From Amphiscolops sp. MND2022 (lineage: Eukaryota), in assembly GCA_964187785.1 (NCBI GenBank), contig OZ076409.1:15130001-15194000 (forward strand): 64,000 nucleotides of DNA. The letters are read 5' to 3'. The translations under genes and the position numbers were made by a program. Below the pieces are notes generated by a model, which was not told the origin of the DNA, did not search any database, and worked only from the letters and a program-made list of their open reading frames with translations. Shown here piece after piece: positions 11,541 to 23,675 of this stretch (position 1 is its first letter; every line of letters starts with the position of its first letter).

Positions 11541-12810
11541 TGCCCTTGTGTTTGGAGGGTCCTCCCCCGTTTAGGAATAATAACCTTTGGAGGGTCCCCT
11601 CTGGTGCTATATTTTTAATTGAACTGACTGCATTGTACTTAACTTCTGTACTGGTACTATTGTTCAATTTTTTAAACATAGCATCAGAGAAAATTTAATT
11701 CTTTCTTTCTTTCTTTCTTGTAATCAAATCTTGTGAGACTCCAGCTTTCATTTCGAGTTCCATACAGGATCTGATTGACAGTTTGGAGTCGAAAATAAAC
11801 TTATGGTACCTTGACGATGAAATTTAAGTGATGATTACAGAACTGTTTTGAAAGATCTCAAAAAGAAGTGATGAAGCAGAAAAAAAACTGGGACTCAAAA
11901 TTATACCCAGGAAATGTGAATTTTTTCCCTGGTGACATCACTGAAAAACGACTTATTGGAAAAAATTAATGAACTGGAAACAGTTAATGGAATTGTTGGG
12001 AAACTATATGCGCACTATGGTTTTTTTATGTTGAAAAATTGCTTCAGTTTGCCAAAGTTTTTGTACTTCATGAGAACCAGTACAACAAAATTTTTTCTAA
12101 CGGTCGATTGGGGTAGTGGCTGGTATGAGTAGTTTGTTGGTTTTTTTTGTTACTGGTCTACTGGAATAGTGGCTGGTATGGGGTTCCCTACTTCCGTTGC
12201 AGACCACGGGTGTGTCTTCTCTCGTTAACTTGATGATACACATGGCACTTGGTTGATGACGAATCTCCATATCTGATGGAGGAAAGAAAGAGGAGAAAGA
12301 AAAAAAATTCAATAAATTCATATGGCTAGGATGTGAGAAACATAGCCAAAATTAACCCAAAAATGGCCGAAAAACAGCCGTTTTTCGACTTTTTTGATTT
12401 TCGCAAAAACTGTCCATACGATTCGAACGAAATTTTGTACAGTCCTACACCATATTATGGTCCTTTGTGTGTAATTTCATCAAATTTGTATTGCTGGGAT
12501 GTGAGAAACATAGCCAAAATTAACCCAAAAATGGCCAAAAAACAGCTATTTTTCGACTTTTTTGATTTTTGCAGGAAACTGTCCATATGATTCGAACGAA
12601 AATTTCGTCAATCATTTTCTACACCATAGTATGGTCTATGTGTGCAATTTCAATAAATTCGTATAACTGGGATTGGAGCGAGTCAGAAGAAAAAAGACCT
12701 AAGCAGACTCTTTTTGCCGTATATGCGGCTCTGCTGTGGTACATTAACCTGATATTCGTTTTAGAATTGGGTCGTTTTCAGCGCTCTGATTATGATGTTC
12801 TTCAGATAGA

Positions 12811-13379
12811 ATGCGTTGTATAATTTGTTACGCAAAATCACACCTGACCATAGTTTCTTTGCGCCGACTTTGTCTCAATGCTCAATCAACTGACCCTATT
12901 CTGAATTATGGATTCTATTTGAGAAAGGAGCGGCTAGAGAACGAACAAAAGTATAAGTTACAAAAAAGCCCTCCGTACGACCAGCGGAAGGAACCTTTGA
13001 ACAGATTCCCTCCTCAGCCAATTACTAGATGGTGTTATGATCCCACCACCAAAATATCAATTGGCTACGAACAGTTAGAATGGATCACTAAGAGTAGAAT
13101 TGAAGTCAACAGGTTTACCCCAAGGGTATATGAGTCATTTAAAAAACTCAACGGAATCGAAATCAAAAGGTCGATGGAAAGAGTTTTGAGAGAGTGCTAC
13201 GTGTTCGACGTGAAGGAGTATGAAAGATCTATTAAAGTTCCAGTTGATCCTTCCGACAGGTGGAATCCCCTGAAAAAAGACCAATACTTGGATTATCCTG
13301 AAGAACAGCGAATGACAAAAAATATTTTCACAAATGTTATATCTACAGTAAAGAGAGAGTTGCTTGTTCCTCAATCGAG
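12811..13379 (+). CDS. MRPL37: Mitochondrial ribosomal protein L37 (mL37), coding exon 1 of 2
   Basis: Basic, acid-poor N-terminus resembles a mitochondrial targeting peptide. Donor AG|GTATGT at 13379/13380 is phase 2 and matches the acceptor at 22184; the joined CDS is 1200 nt (399 aa). Confidence 0.75.
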
Positions 13380-13806
13380 GTATGTATCCACTTTTATAGA
13401 ATATTAGATGTAAAAAGCCAAGAATAGCTCAGATTCGGTTAAATCTCGAAAAGCGAGAAGTCTTTTTTAATATGATCATTGTCTTACTGGAAAACCCCTA
13501 CTTTGCCCTGAACTACGTTAATTTTTTTCGCAACCAGGGTTGTGTTTTTTACACGTTACAAACTTTTTTGACGTTAAAAAGTGTTTAAAACGTTGAATAA
13601 CGTTAAAAAACAGTTAAAAATTAAAATGGTTAACAACGCTGATAAAATCAAACATCACTACGCAAGGCGGTGTCAGGACATTTCGTCCCATGCAATTTCA
13701 ACCTATGCAATTTCAACCGTTGCCATTTCAACCGCTCACAATTTCAACCTGTTGCATTTTCAACCTTCCGCAATTTCGACCTATATTAATTTTGGCTAAT
13801 GGATCA

Positions 13807-15446
13807 CAGGGGTCCGCAATTATTAATTGCAATTAAATTGGCATTTAAAATTTTAAAAACCAATTAATTGAAAATTGGACACTTCATGAAACAATTATTG
13901 CAATAATTGGCAAATCAAAACAACAGTTGTCAATGCATAAATTCAGACAAAATTGATGAAAATTTGCCCAAAAATAATGAACTCAAAGAGTCATTCAGTA
14001 GCGTTGACGACTTCGTTGACGAGACTCAGGTCCCACAGTCTCTTGTTCGACATCAGAAACAGCTGCTGCTCCAGATAAATAGGTTGTATCTTCCGTCGCA
14101 AGTCATCATAAGCATATCCAGCCCGGCTGAAAAGTCTCTCCATCAAGTTCGACGTGGGAACCAGAAATCTGCAGTCCAAATATTTATCTGACCGCCGCTC
14201 GCATCTTCTCTTCCTCAGAATTTCCATGGCAAAATCCAAGGGCACTTCATTCTCCTTCCCCATCTCTTCAACTTCTTGGACATGAAGCCGCAATTTTTTC
14301 ACGGCCAAGTTCTCTTGCAAAGTCAGATTCTCATCAGAGTTCAATATTTTTACGACGCCATTCTCGAAGTCTTTGTTTTTCACAATGCTACTATTGACAT
14401 GAATATACTTCTTGCGACCATCGATTGACACCTTTTGATGATTTCATCTAGCAGAAGGCGTGCACTTGCCATATCCATGTCTGAGCGCTGAAGGGCAAGA
14501 GTAACCGATTTCAATTTCACCATCAAAGCATGAACCTTGCTCAAGACAGCTTCGTCCTGTTTGAGGAACTCTTTCACTGCCAATGCAAGTCGGTGGGAAT
14601 GACAACCGATGAGTGGAACCTCGCATTGATCACTCAAGCATTTGTTGGCTTCACAGTTGTCGGCGATAATTGCTACAACGTTGTTCATGGTCTTGCCATA
14701 TTGCGATAAAACGAATGAGATGTATTCGTACATGTCGCTAGCACTCTGACCGGTTTGGTCGCCAATGGGAGAAAACCCCAACAATGCAGTTTCATATCCT
14801 TCATGTTTTCCAGGGTATGATGCCATCACGCCCACAAAATGCGAACTGGCCTCCGTCCATCCGTCAACAATGAGTGCAAATATATCAGGCAGTTCTTTGG
14901 CGATCTCTTTCTCAACCCGATCAGAAACAAGGTGCATGTACTTCTCAAGGGTGTGAACAGAGATTTTATCCAACGACGAATATTTGCGTGTTAGGCTACT
15001 CTCCACAAATGAAAATGGCTTTAGTTCCATACACACCCATTCCAACCATCCGTATACAGTTTCACTCTTTCGACAATGCATAAATCGAAGCGTCTGCTGA
15101 TCCGAAATAGATGTATTGTCGTTTCCATGTTGAGAACGGATATGTTGCATTAGGTTAGACCAGCCTGTACCATCTTTCCTTTTTAGAAGTTTTCCACAGT
15201 GGCACTTGTAAACATCATTCTCTAGTTTAGTGAAATACTTCTTCGTTAAAGCCTTGTAGTCTTTTGGCGCTTCAACTTTAGATGTCATTTCAAACCTGAA
15301 AAAGATAATGCATTGCGCTCAATCAATTATTGCAATAATTGGCTTGTTAATTTCCAATAATTGAAAAATGCAAGATGAGAAAATCAATTAATTGATCAAT
15401 TATAATTGCAATTATTGCTTCATCAATTTTTAATTGCGGACCCCTG
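13807..15446 (-). mobile_element. hAT transposon, internally deleted
   Basis: TIR caggggtccgcaatta / taattgcggacccctg. Perfect 8-bp TSD atggatca. Encodes a transposase. Confidence 0.92.
13991..15288 (-). pseudogene. hAT transposase (BED finger, DDE), frameshifted and internally deleted
   Basis: YKCHCGK...WSNLMQHIRSQH (BED-like), ALIVDGWT, IIADN, LIGCHSHRLALAV (CxxH) and PTSNLMERLFS (C-terminal E). Split into ORFs 14380..15288 and 13991..14431; the RW motif region is missing. Confidence 0.85.
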
Positions 15447-16149
15447 ATGGATCATAATTAGTTTTATGATCATTTTAGGTAGTTTTCATTTTCATACATT
15501 TCTAAATTGAAATGTGCTAATTTTTACGCCAGTTTTGATATATTTTGGCTTCTTCATGAATAAATACCAATAATTAAAGCTCTTTGATTTATTACTTTTA
15601 ACTATTGTACTGAAATAACAACTCAATCAAATTGGGAGTAATTAGCCAAAATTAGTATAGGTCGAAATTGCGGAAGGTTGAAAATGCAATGGGTTGAAAT
15701 TGTCAACGGTTGAAAGTGCATAGGTCGAAATGTCATGTAACCCGCAAGGCGTGAAGAACAAAAGCCAATTTTGCAGCTTTTTCTTGCCCAAATCTATTTC
15801 TTACATCGTTATTTGAGATTTTTTTAGCATTCTGATGCAAAATATCAAAAAATTGAAGGGAGGGCCCTTTGGGGACCTTAAAAATGTTTGAAAAAAGTCT
15901 CGCAAAGCCTCACCGTTGAAAATATGTTAAAAAATCGATGTTAAAAAACGTTAAATAACATGTTAAAAACATGCGTTAAAAAACACAACCCTGTTCGCAA
16001 CTGATTATTATTAAAAGGACCGTGCGTACTGAACCCATTTTTCATGTTGGGACAAAAATGAAAGGAGCCCGTTGTTGAAAAGAGCCAGAGTAGTGTCACC
16101 TCCTTACAGTGTCACTAACGGTCCCCTATAAATAAATATTGTAAACCTT

Positions 16150-19050
16150 GGTAATTGGAAAAAAAATTATAAATTACTGCATCAATATCACAATGTTAGA
16201 CATCGATCGTTGTAAAGTGGAATCTAGCAAATGAATGCACGTCAGGGATACCGTGTGGTAGTGCGGAGTCTTCCCTCTTCCACCATTGCATCGATTCTAG
16301 AATCAATGATTCCAGGTTTGAGTGGACGGCACCCGCGGAGGCACGGAAAGGAGCTTTGCAGTAGGGCAAAGCATACTTTCGATCTTTTGTAGCCCAATAC
16401 TTCTGCATAAATGTCTTCACTTTTTTCGCTCAGTGTCAATGCAAGACCTGCTCATTACCTTGGAGACAGTCCGTGCCGTTCCACCTGTTGTGGCTAACAC
16501 GAGCGGATTGAAGGAGCTGTTTTCAACTTCGACTATTCGTTGCTCGTACTTCAACCGTTTTTGAGCTTCGTGATGTTCATAGGCTTCCTTTATCGTTCTG
16601 GGGCAAGATTTTGCATGAGGATTAAAAATTTTCACATTGAAAAACGTACGATTAAATCTCGTTTCCCATAGACCGTTTGCTTTGATATCCAACCTGGCCT
16701 CGTCTTCAGTTGTCGGTTTTGTTATCGAAGGACTCGCCTTCTAACTGCTGAAGCTTTGGTTCATCTTCTACATCGAAACACATATCTTTCATGAGATTTG
16801 CAAAAGTGTCGCGGATTTCTCGTATCCACCTTTTGACACAATGCGTGGACTAGGTTGACATTTTCTCAGGGACATGATGCTGGGATATTCTGAGGTTCCT
16901 ACCCTCATCGAAATGCAAGACCGTAGCGGAACTCCGTCTTCGTTATTGAAAACCCGAAGACGAAAACCTGTCTTCGTTATCTTTGAAAGGTAAGGCGTTG
17001 AGCCAACTGGATACCTCTTCCTCGGACGTCAGATGCAGGGCGTAGATCTGATCTTCCGTAGCGTTTTTTCACTTTATCTGTTTTTTTCTGTAACATCTTT
17101 TTCTTTTCTTCGAGGGATTAGGACCATCTGATGTTATTTCTTTTGTCTCCGGGAAGCGTTATAATGAGACAATTTGGTGTGCGTGCTTTTGCTATACACT
17201 TGATAAACATTGAGGGACTGTTTTGACGTGCTGTCAGAGTTTCCAAATGTTCTTTGCGTGCTCTGACAAATATTTTGTTTTGAATTCGTAAGAGGCTGAT
17301 GCGTTGCCGATGACCGATCCGATTACACGATGGCCTTCCAAAATATCAACATCTTTTTGAAAGTTCCCTTGGCGTTTTTTATGTTATTCTTTTTCGCTAT
17401 AATGTGACACTTGGTATTGTGGTATCCAAACGATGGGTCGTGTTCGGCTAGAGCCTCGTGGAGTCGATGCAGATCTTCCAGTTTTCATACGTTTTTGTCG
17501 TCGGCGTACCACTTCTGGCTATTTCGGTGTTCTCCAATAACTTAAGTGGCAAAAGGGCAATTCCTTACATCGCCATTGCAAGAGGCTCACCTTGAGTTGT
17601 GTCTTCTTGTGGAAGAATCACTTTACCGTTGACCAAAGGGATTAAGGCTATGCATAAAATTTCTTCGGAGGGATGAGAAGGAATGGACATGCTACCCTTG
17701 TTTTCGAGTGCCAATTTTCTATTCAAACTTTGAATGCGTTTGGGGCGTCAAGTAGGAGCTGTCCTTCCGATCCAGGCTTGTCAAAGGCGTCCCTTACAGA
17801 GTGAATGGCGAATTCTGTTCCGCACTTTTGGCCTAGACAAAGCTTCAGGTTGCCTCCCAGTTGTTTGAAGTAGTTGGAGAGGCTTTTTAGAATACTTCTT
17901 CCAATTATTCGTCGAAGTACTTCACCTACGCCAAGGTGCCTGACAACGGGATTCTTATCTAATGGAATCAATCGGCAAGCGTTATAGGCTTCGAGGGTTT
18001 CGGAAGGTAGCTCGGTTTTAGCGAGAAGCTTTGCTCTGTCGGCTGAGTATATGCAGAAGTTCACCTAGGGTTGTCCGAAAAGTGTCAGAAAAGGTCGCTT
18101 TTAGTTTGCGTCTGAACCTAACGGTCTGTGACTACCATGAGTTTTTATGGCTCCTTTACGAATCGTTCGGGCGTTAGGTTGATGAAGGGGCAATGTTTGA
18201 TCAGATAAGTTCTAACCAGATAATTTTCTTTTAAGTCTAATGGCTCCGGATGTTTTTCGACCAAAATTTGGTTCACTGTTGTCGACTTTATCGCTTAGCG
18301 ACAGTACGCTTTTCTGATCTTCTAGACATCTGAGCGCATTCGAAGTTTTCTAGAGGTCACATAGTGATCGAAGTCTTTGAAAACGTCTTTTTTTGGTTGA
18401 GATCTCCTGAGACGTAGCCACTTTTCCAACTCCGTTCAGCCACTTTTTCAACTGTCGCGTTAGCGTTTGGTTCTGTGAGACATCGTTTTCGTTCGCGGCA
18501 GTACAAGATGGGGCATCACCAGAACGACCAACAACGCGTCTTGAGATCTGCCTAGGAGAATGGACATTTTTGATTGGGGAGAACCTCTAAAGGCGTCTCC
18601 TGTTCTTTTCCAGGGTGAAAAATTGCGGTCGCCAGTGAACTATCTCTTTGTTGATTATTTTTGACAATGTTCGGCAGTAACTATTGTCCAAAAGTTTCCA
18701 GGTGTCGGCGGAATGTCCGGTGTCGGGAAGATTTGCGTGTGAGGATTTGCGGTGGCGGGGACTTGCGGTGGGTGGGGGTCCGCTGTTTACACAAACGGAC
18801 TTCTTCCACTGTTATTCTTCGGGCCGCTGCATTTCACGTAGAGGTTGCCTCTTATGCCGCACCACACACCCTTTCGATGCAGTTTTTCAGCAGTGGCTAC
18901 AATCGTTCTGGTCAACCATAATGAGGGAAGAATGCCGATTGTTTATATCACACAATATACATTTATTGTGGTGTAAATGAATTCCTGTAGTAATACTGTC
19001 AAAGTCGAGGTTGACATAAGTGGCGAATATTGGCAGTCGCGGGGAGTTAA
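16150..19050 (-). mobile_element. Second CRE-like non-LTR retrotransposon, heavily decayed (RT + restriction-like endonuclease)
   Basis: ACRLIPLDKNPVVRHLGVGEVLRRII (17723..18064), TTQGEPLAMAM and WYADD (~17500..17605), RLDIKANGLW...FFNVKIFNP...VENSSFNPLVLATTGG (16417..16700). Many frameshifts; the 5' boundary is approximate. Confidence 0.75.
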
Positions 19051-19425
19051 ATCAATAGGAGAGGGCCTAATTCAAACAGTTTTTTCAATGAATATTATTG
19101 GAGGTGCTAATGGTTTCGGGAATAATGAGTGTTGAGGAGTTAAAGTTCCAGACAGAGCTGGATCAGATATCGCCAGTTCTCGTTCAAAGCTGTGGCATTG
19201 TCTCGGTGATCGTCTAATGCATGCTACAATCACCACCTTCTTCAGCTTCTGGAACGGGTACGACTCAACTAAATGGCTCAATTCAGGCGGTGTTGCTTAT
19301 CTACACGATTCAAATGCTGCATCTACTTCGTTACTTTCGATGTACTTCTTTCTAGAAGTGCCGATGACAAGGTTGGAAGTGTTCCTGTTCAAACGTCTGC
19401 TACTAAACCGGGAGATCTCGCTGCC

Positions 19426-20286
19426 CAGTGTTCGAAGCCATGGTACCCTTGCCAAGATCCATGGCAAGTTCCTTGGTAGCCTTGCCATGATCTTGGCAAG
19501 GATACCATGGCCATGCAAGATCGTGCAAAGGCTAACCATGATTACCCATGATCTTGGCAAGGGTCCCATGGTACCATTACCCAAATTTTTGGAAAATGCA
19601 GAGCCCTTATTTTCAAATTATAACTAGTATCTAAAAGTTTATTCGAACCGAAAAACAGACATGTATAGGGTTAAACAGAAGAAAAATTGATATTCAAGAC
19701 AATAAAGGAAAAATGTTTTTGCTCCAACCATTTTAAGTTTTTATTGCGTTCTCGAACTTCAGTAGTTAGAGCCCGTTACCTCTATAGATACGGCAATAGC
19801 ATGATTTGCATAGTTAAAAACATATCAAAGCTAGAAAAGTTGGTCTTCGCACCGATATCGCAAACCGGCAAGTTGCAGTAACTTGATTCGAAGTTTGCTT
19901 TGTATGATAATTTATGATAGTAGTAGCAATGCCGTGCTCTCAACTAACATAATTCGGTCAATAGGGGCAGCAAATTATGAGCAAGTTTTGGATATTTCTC
20001 AATTGAAAAACTATTTTCGATCAATAAATTTTATGTCCAAAGTTATTACAATGGCTAATTCAGAAATTGCAGACTGCAAGGAATTTTTGCGAAAAGAATA
20101 AATTATGCCTAATTAATATCAGCTTACATGTCTTTCCCATGGTTATCTTTTCAAGATCTTACCATGATCTTGACAAGCGTTCCATGTATCATGATTTGCC
20201 ATGATCTTGACAAGGGTACCATGGTTAATCATGATTTAGCAAGATTTACCATGATCATGGCAAGGGTTCCATGGCTTCGAACACTG
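19426..20286. mobile_element. hAT-like MITE with catgatcttg subterminal repeats
   Basis: TIR cagtgttcgaagccatgg / ccatggcttcgaacactg. No TSD visible, so one flank was probably rearranged. Confidence 0.7.
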
Positions 20287-22184
20287 AGTGAAAGTATACG
20301 CTGTCATGGGATTTTTGTTTTAAAAAGGCATGTCAGGAATCTATTTTAAAAATGGTTTCAAAAATATTGATTAGAGCAGATGTCAGAAATTTAAAAAAAT
20401 GATTGGTATTTCTTGGAAAGAAACAACCTGGAAGTGGTGCGTTTAATTCGGGTCACTGGTTGCTTTCCTTCCTGTGCCTCGCCGCACCTGGGGTTTGTGT
20501 CGAAGCTCAAGAGCTGTGTCACACTCCTCACCTACGGCTGGGAGGGTGAGTCTTGCGAGTTGATTTTATTACTTACCCAGCGTGCATTTTATATGAAACA
20601 CATTCAATTAGGGAAACAACAGCCTATTTTATAAGTTTCACAGCAATTAGGCTTGTCGTGTCGATGCTATATCGCAAACACTCATTAGAGCAGCAATAAT
20701 TCCGTCAAAAACAACGATTTTTAATAACTTGCAGTCCTGAGGTGTCCTAGAAAAGACCACGCCGAAAAAAGGGGATTTAGTTCGAATTTTTTAATGAACA
20801 GCACTGAAGCACCGCAATTAATGAATTGATGAACAGTCTATGCGAAAGAAAAAATAAAAGGCAAATAAATTTTAGGCCAAAACTTTGGCGCTTCCCAGAA
20901 TAAGATTTTAATATTATTTGTTGCCCGCATGCTTACAAAGTTCAAGAACTAAATATTGTTTCAGCCGAAGTGTGTAGAAGCATGTCATGGATAGCACATA
21001 AAACAAAAGTTTTTCGATAGCTTCATTTTATTGGTATTCATCAGCTGGTCATACTTGATAACATCCGTGAATGACTGATAGTCCTGGTAAAAGAATCTTA
21101 CGTCTATTTTCAAACTCTACCCATAAAAAGTAGATGGTACTTGTCTGGAGTTCCTGGCAGCTCACATAGAGTGCATTCTTCTGCCGGGTATATCATAATT
21201 ACTTTGGGGTGTGCTTCCCAAGAAGCCATGAGTTATCAGAAACTAGTTGAATGCTTGTTAACAAGAAAAATACTAAAGTTTTCAAATTGCGCTGAGGCTA
21301 TGATTTTCAGTTGTTTTGAGTCCTAAAATGAGTTTTTGCATCACTGAGGCCAAGTTTTGAGCTTTTCATTTTCGTCGTGATAACCTCAACTTAGCCAATG
21401 TGCCAAAAATTGGCACATTTATTTTCTGCAAATTCTAAACGCACCAGCTGATTGTATGGTGAAGCAAACTCTTGAATAAGATTTTCAGACAATATTGCAT
21501 AGCTTTCGGCGCCTTTTCACGGAATATTGACGTGTTGTCTCCGAAATCCAGAAAATGAGACAAAAAATTCAAAAAAAAATAACTGCAGATTTTCCATTTT
21601 CCCAGTTTTCGTTTCTGGCCCTTTTAACCCACTGGTGTCAACATTGGGTCAAAGCGGCCTCAGAATATTTTGAAACATGCTGAAAAGCAAGCAGAGACAC
21701 GACGCGTGCAAAGTTTTGGCGCAAAGTCCGGAACCCAGCCCAGCAGTTTAAAAATTGATTTGAAAGCCCTGATGCTCCTCTTTCGAACGCTGTATAAATC
21801 GTTTTTCGGACTTGAATAGTTCAGGAGATATTGCGGTTTAATTTTGAAGCACCCGATTTTCGGATGGAACAAGAATTTTCCTGGCCAACTTAAGGTTAAC
21901 ATCTAGAAAAGATGCAACGTTTTTCATTCGTCTCAATGCGCCAAAAAATTAATGGGATCTTTGAAATCGCGTGACGTGGATGTGAAGGCTTTCTAACGTT
22001 TTGAAAACATGAAAGACTCAATTTCCAAATTTCTTTCGACTAGGCTGAAAATTTTCACCTTGCGGCGTTTGTGACTATATATAAAACCTAGCACCGGTGT
22101 ATAATTGTGTATCCAATAGTTATCTTCAATGCTTCCGGTCCATCAAAATGTATATTTTTGTAATCGCATTGTTTATTATTTCAG

Positions 22185-22815
22185 GACGCTTACAACCTTT
22201 GACTGTGCCACTCAAGTTTTGTTTGAACGCCAAAATTATTCCGTTTTATTGTCTCAACCTGGAGCTGTCAATTATCTTTCGACTACCCCCATCCCAGCTG
22301 TCAGCAAGCAAAACTCAGTAGCTGAAACGCAGCATCACCGGTTCCGTGATTTTTTCCCTCTGAACCCCATGTTGGACTTCAAAAAATCGAATCTGTACGA
22401 TAATTTCGAATCATTTGGTATTGTGGAACCTGATTCCAAATTCCATCCACATACATGTTTCTTATCTACTGATACGATGAAACCACAGCGGTTGCAGTAT
22501 GCTGTTTGCTTGGTAGCTTTTGCAAATGCTCTCACAAAGGCCCATCAAATCCATGGTCACGAAGAAAAAGAACGGATAGAACCAATCGTGGCTCAAGCAG
22601 TTGCAAGTTCTGGGTTTGATCTTCATTTCGCCACATGTCAGCTGAACACTACATGTTTTTCTGACGATGAAGGTGTGAAGAATCAGATATGGGTTACACC
22701 CAACATGCCGTTTTTCAAATCAGTGAGAAGAGAATTGGATCTCGTTGTCGAAGATTACAATGAAGAAGCAGGAAAAGCTTTATATGCCCATTTGTTGAAT
22801 GAAGTTAATTTGTAA
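22185..22815 (+). CDS. MRPL37: Mitochondrial ribosomal protein L37 (mL37), coding exon 2 of 2
   Basis: HPHTCFL...AFANALTKAHQIHG...EPIVAQAVASSG..FATCQLNT....DEGVKNQIW matches the mL37/PDCD9 C-terminal pattern. Acceptor tttcag at 22184; stop TAA ends at 22815. Confidence 0.85.
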
Positions 22816-23675
22816 TCTTGATTTGTTCGGATAGTTTTTGTTTGAGGTTCTGCATTGATAAATTCGTGCAAATTCAGACTTAATTTCTTACCTTTTCCAT
22901 ATCAGCCTTTCATGCCGAATTTCTTTGATGTTACTGTCGTTTAGTGCACCAATCTTAATTTAAATGAATGGTATTCCAATTTAGTTGAACAACGAAGCGG
23001 CGTTGACAGCCAATCAAAAACGACTTAAAACAGAGGCAATACAATTCCAAAAGTCAACTCAATCTCAATTTGAAGTGAATAGAGAATTATTTTAAATGAA
23101 TATTGCTGAATCAAAAACGTAGCTGTTGTTGATCGCAAAAGGCTTGTTTGTCCAGAATGAAGTTCTTTCTCGCTGCTCACTTAGTGATATTATTTCACTC
23201 AATGTGGAAATTTAAAGCAACGCTATGGTTAGGATGCAACTCAATTTTATTAGTCGATTCACTTGATGTGTAAAGATGTTTCATTTAAAGTAAAATTGGT
23301 GTAATAAGCATTGAAGCGAACGAGAAAAACGGACTTTGTGTTTGACAGAATCATAATTGGTTCAGAAATAAGTCATTTGTGGTCACGGATTGAGAAACTC
23401 ACGTTTAGCATCGAAATGGTAAAGTCTAAAATTTTCTTGATTGATAAACTTCGAAAATATGTATTACTAATAGATCTAGAATGAATCCTTTCTAAATCTT
23501 GGCCAAATTTGAACTGAAGTGAGAAATTGGAGCTATGATTCAATGAGTTTTACCTTAGCTTCTACTGCAAAATCATTTTGGGATATTTGATTTATCACTT
23601 TTTCAGATTTTAAACGATTGTTAGAAACCAACTAGCTTGCTGAAAATCGAGTCCTGCAGAGAAACGTTTGGCAAA

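Larger units (their letters stand above)
7806..11719 (+). mobile_element. CR1/L2-group LINE, near full length, inactivated by nonsense codons
   Basis: Has ORF1 and ORF2 (APE endonuclease + RT) and ends in a (TTTC)n tandem tail at 11698..11719. gtaatcaaatcttgtga is duplicated at 7764..7780 and 11720..11736. Confidence 0.88.
3395..12307 (+). mobile_element. CRE-like non-LTR retrotransposon (degenerate; PHD finger + RT), interrupted by several insertions
   Basis: PHD-like C4HC3 region at 3679..3909 (CNAPKC...WINCRLCNGWVH...FQCSKC). RT motifs GSSAGFDG and LIALKKPDGGFRPIAVGNTFRRL. After removing insertions the RT continues as DFENAVNLI|NRQFML...SAYSQPSFL|FYGDSVIKSCEGTQQ...|LESKINLWYLDD (pieces 5490..5516, 6372..6463, 7751..7793, 11737..12085). 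A-rich tail ends at ~12307. Confidence 0.8.
13670..15742. mobile_element. Mutator-like MITE with atttcaacc subterminal repeats (middle shell)
   Basis: 9-bp TSD cgcaaggcg (13661..13669, 15743..15751). Arrays gcaatttcaacc / ggttgaaattg are inverted at the two ends. Confidence 0.8.
13535..15993. mobile_element. hAT-type MITE (outer shell of a 3-level nest)
   Basis: TIR cagggttgtgtttttt / aaaaaacacaaccctg. Perfect 8-bp TSD ttcgcaac (13527..13534, 15994..16001). Confidence 0.85.
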
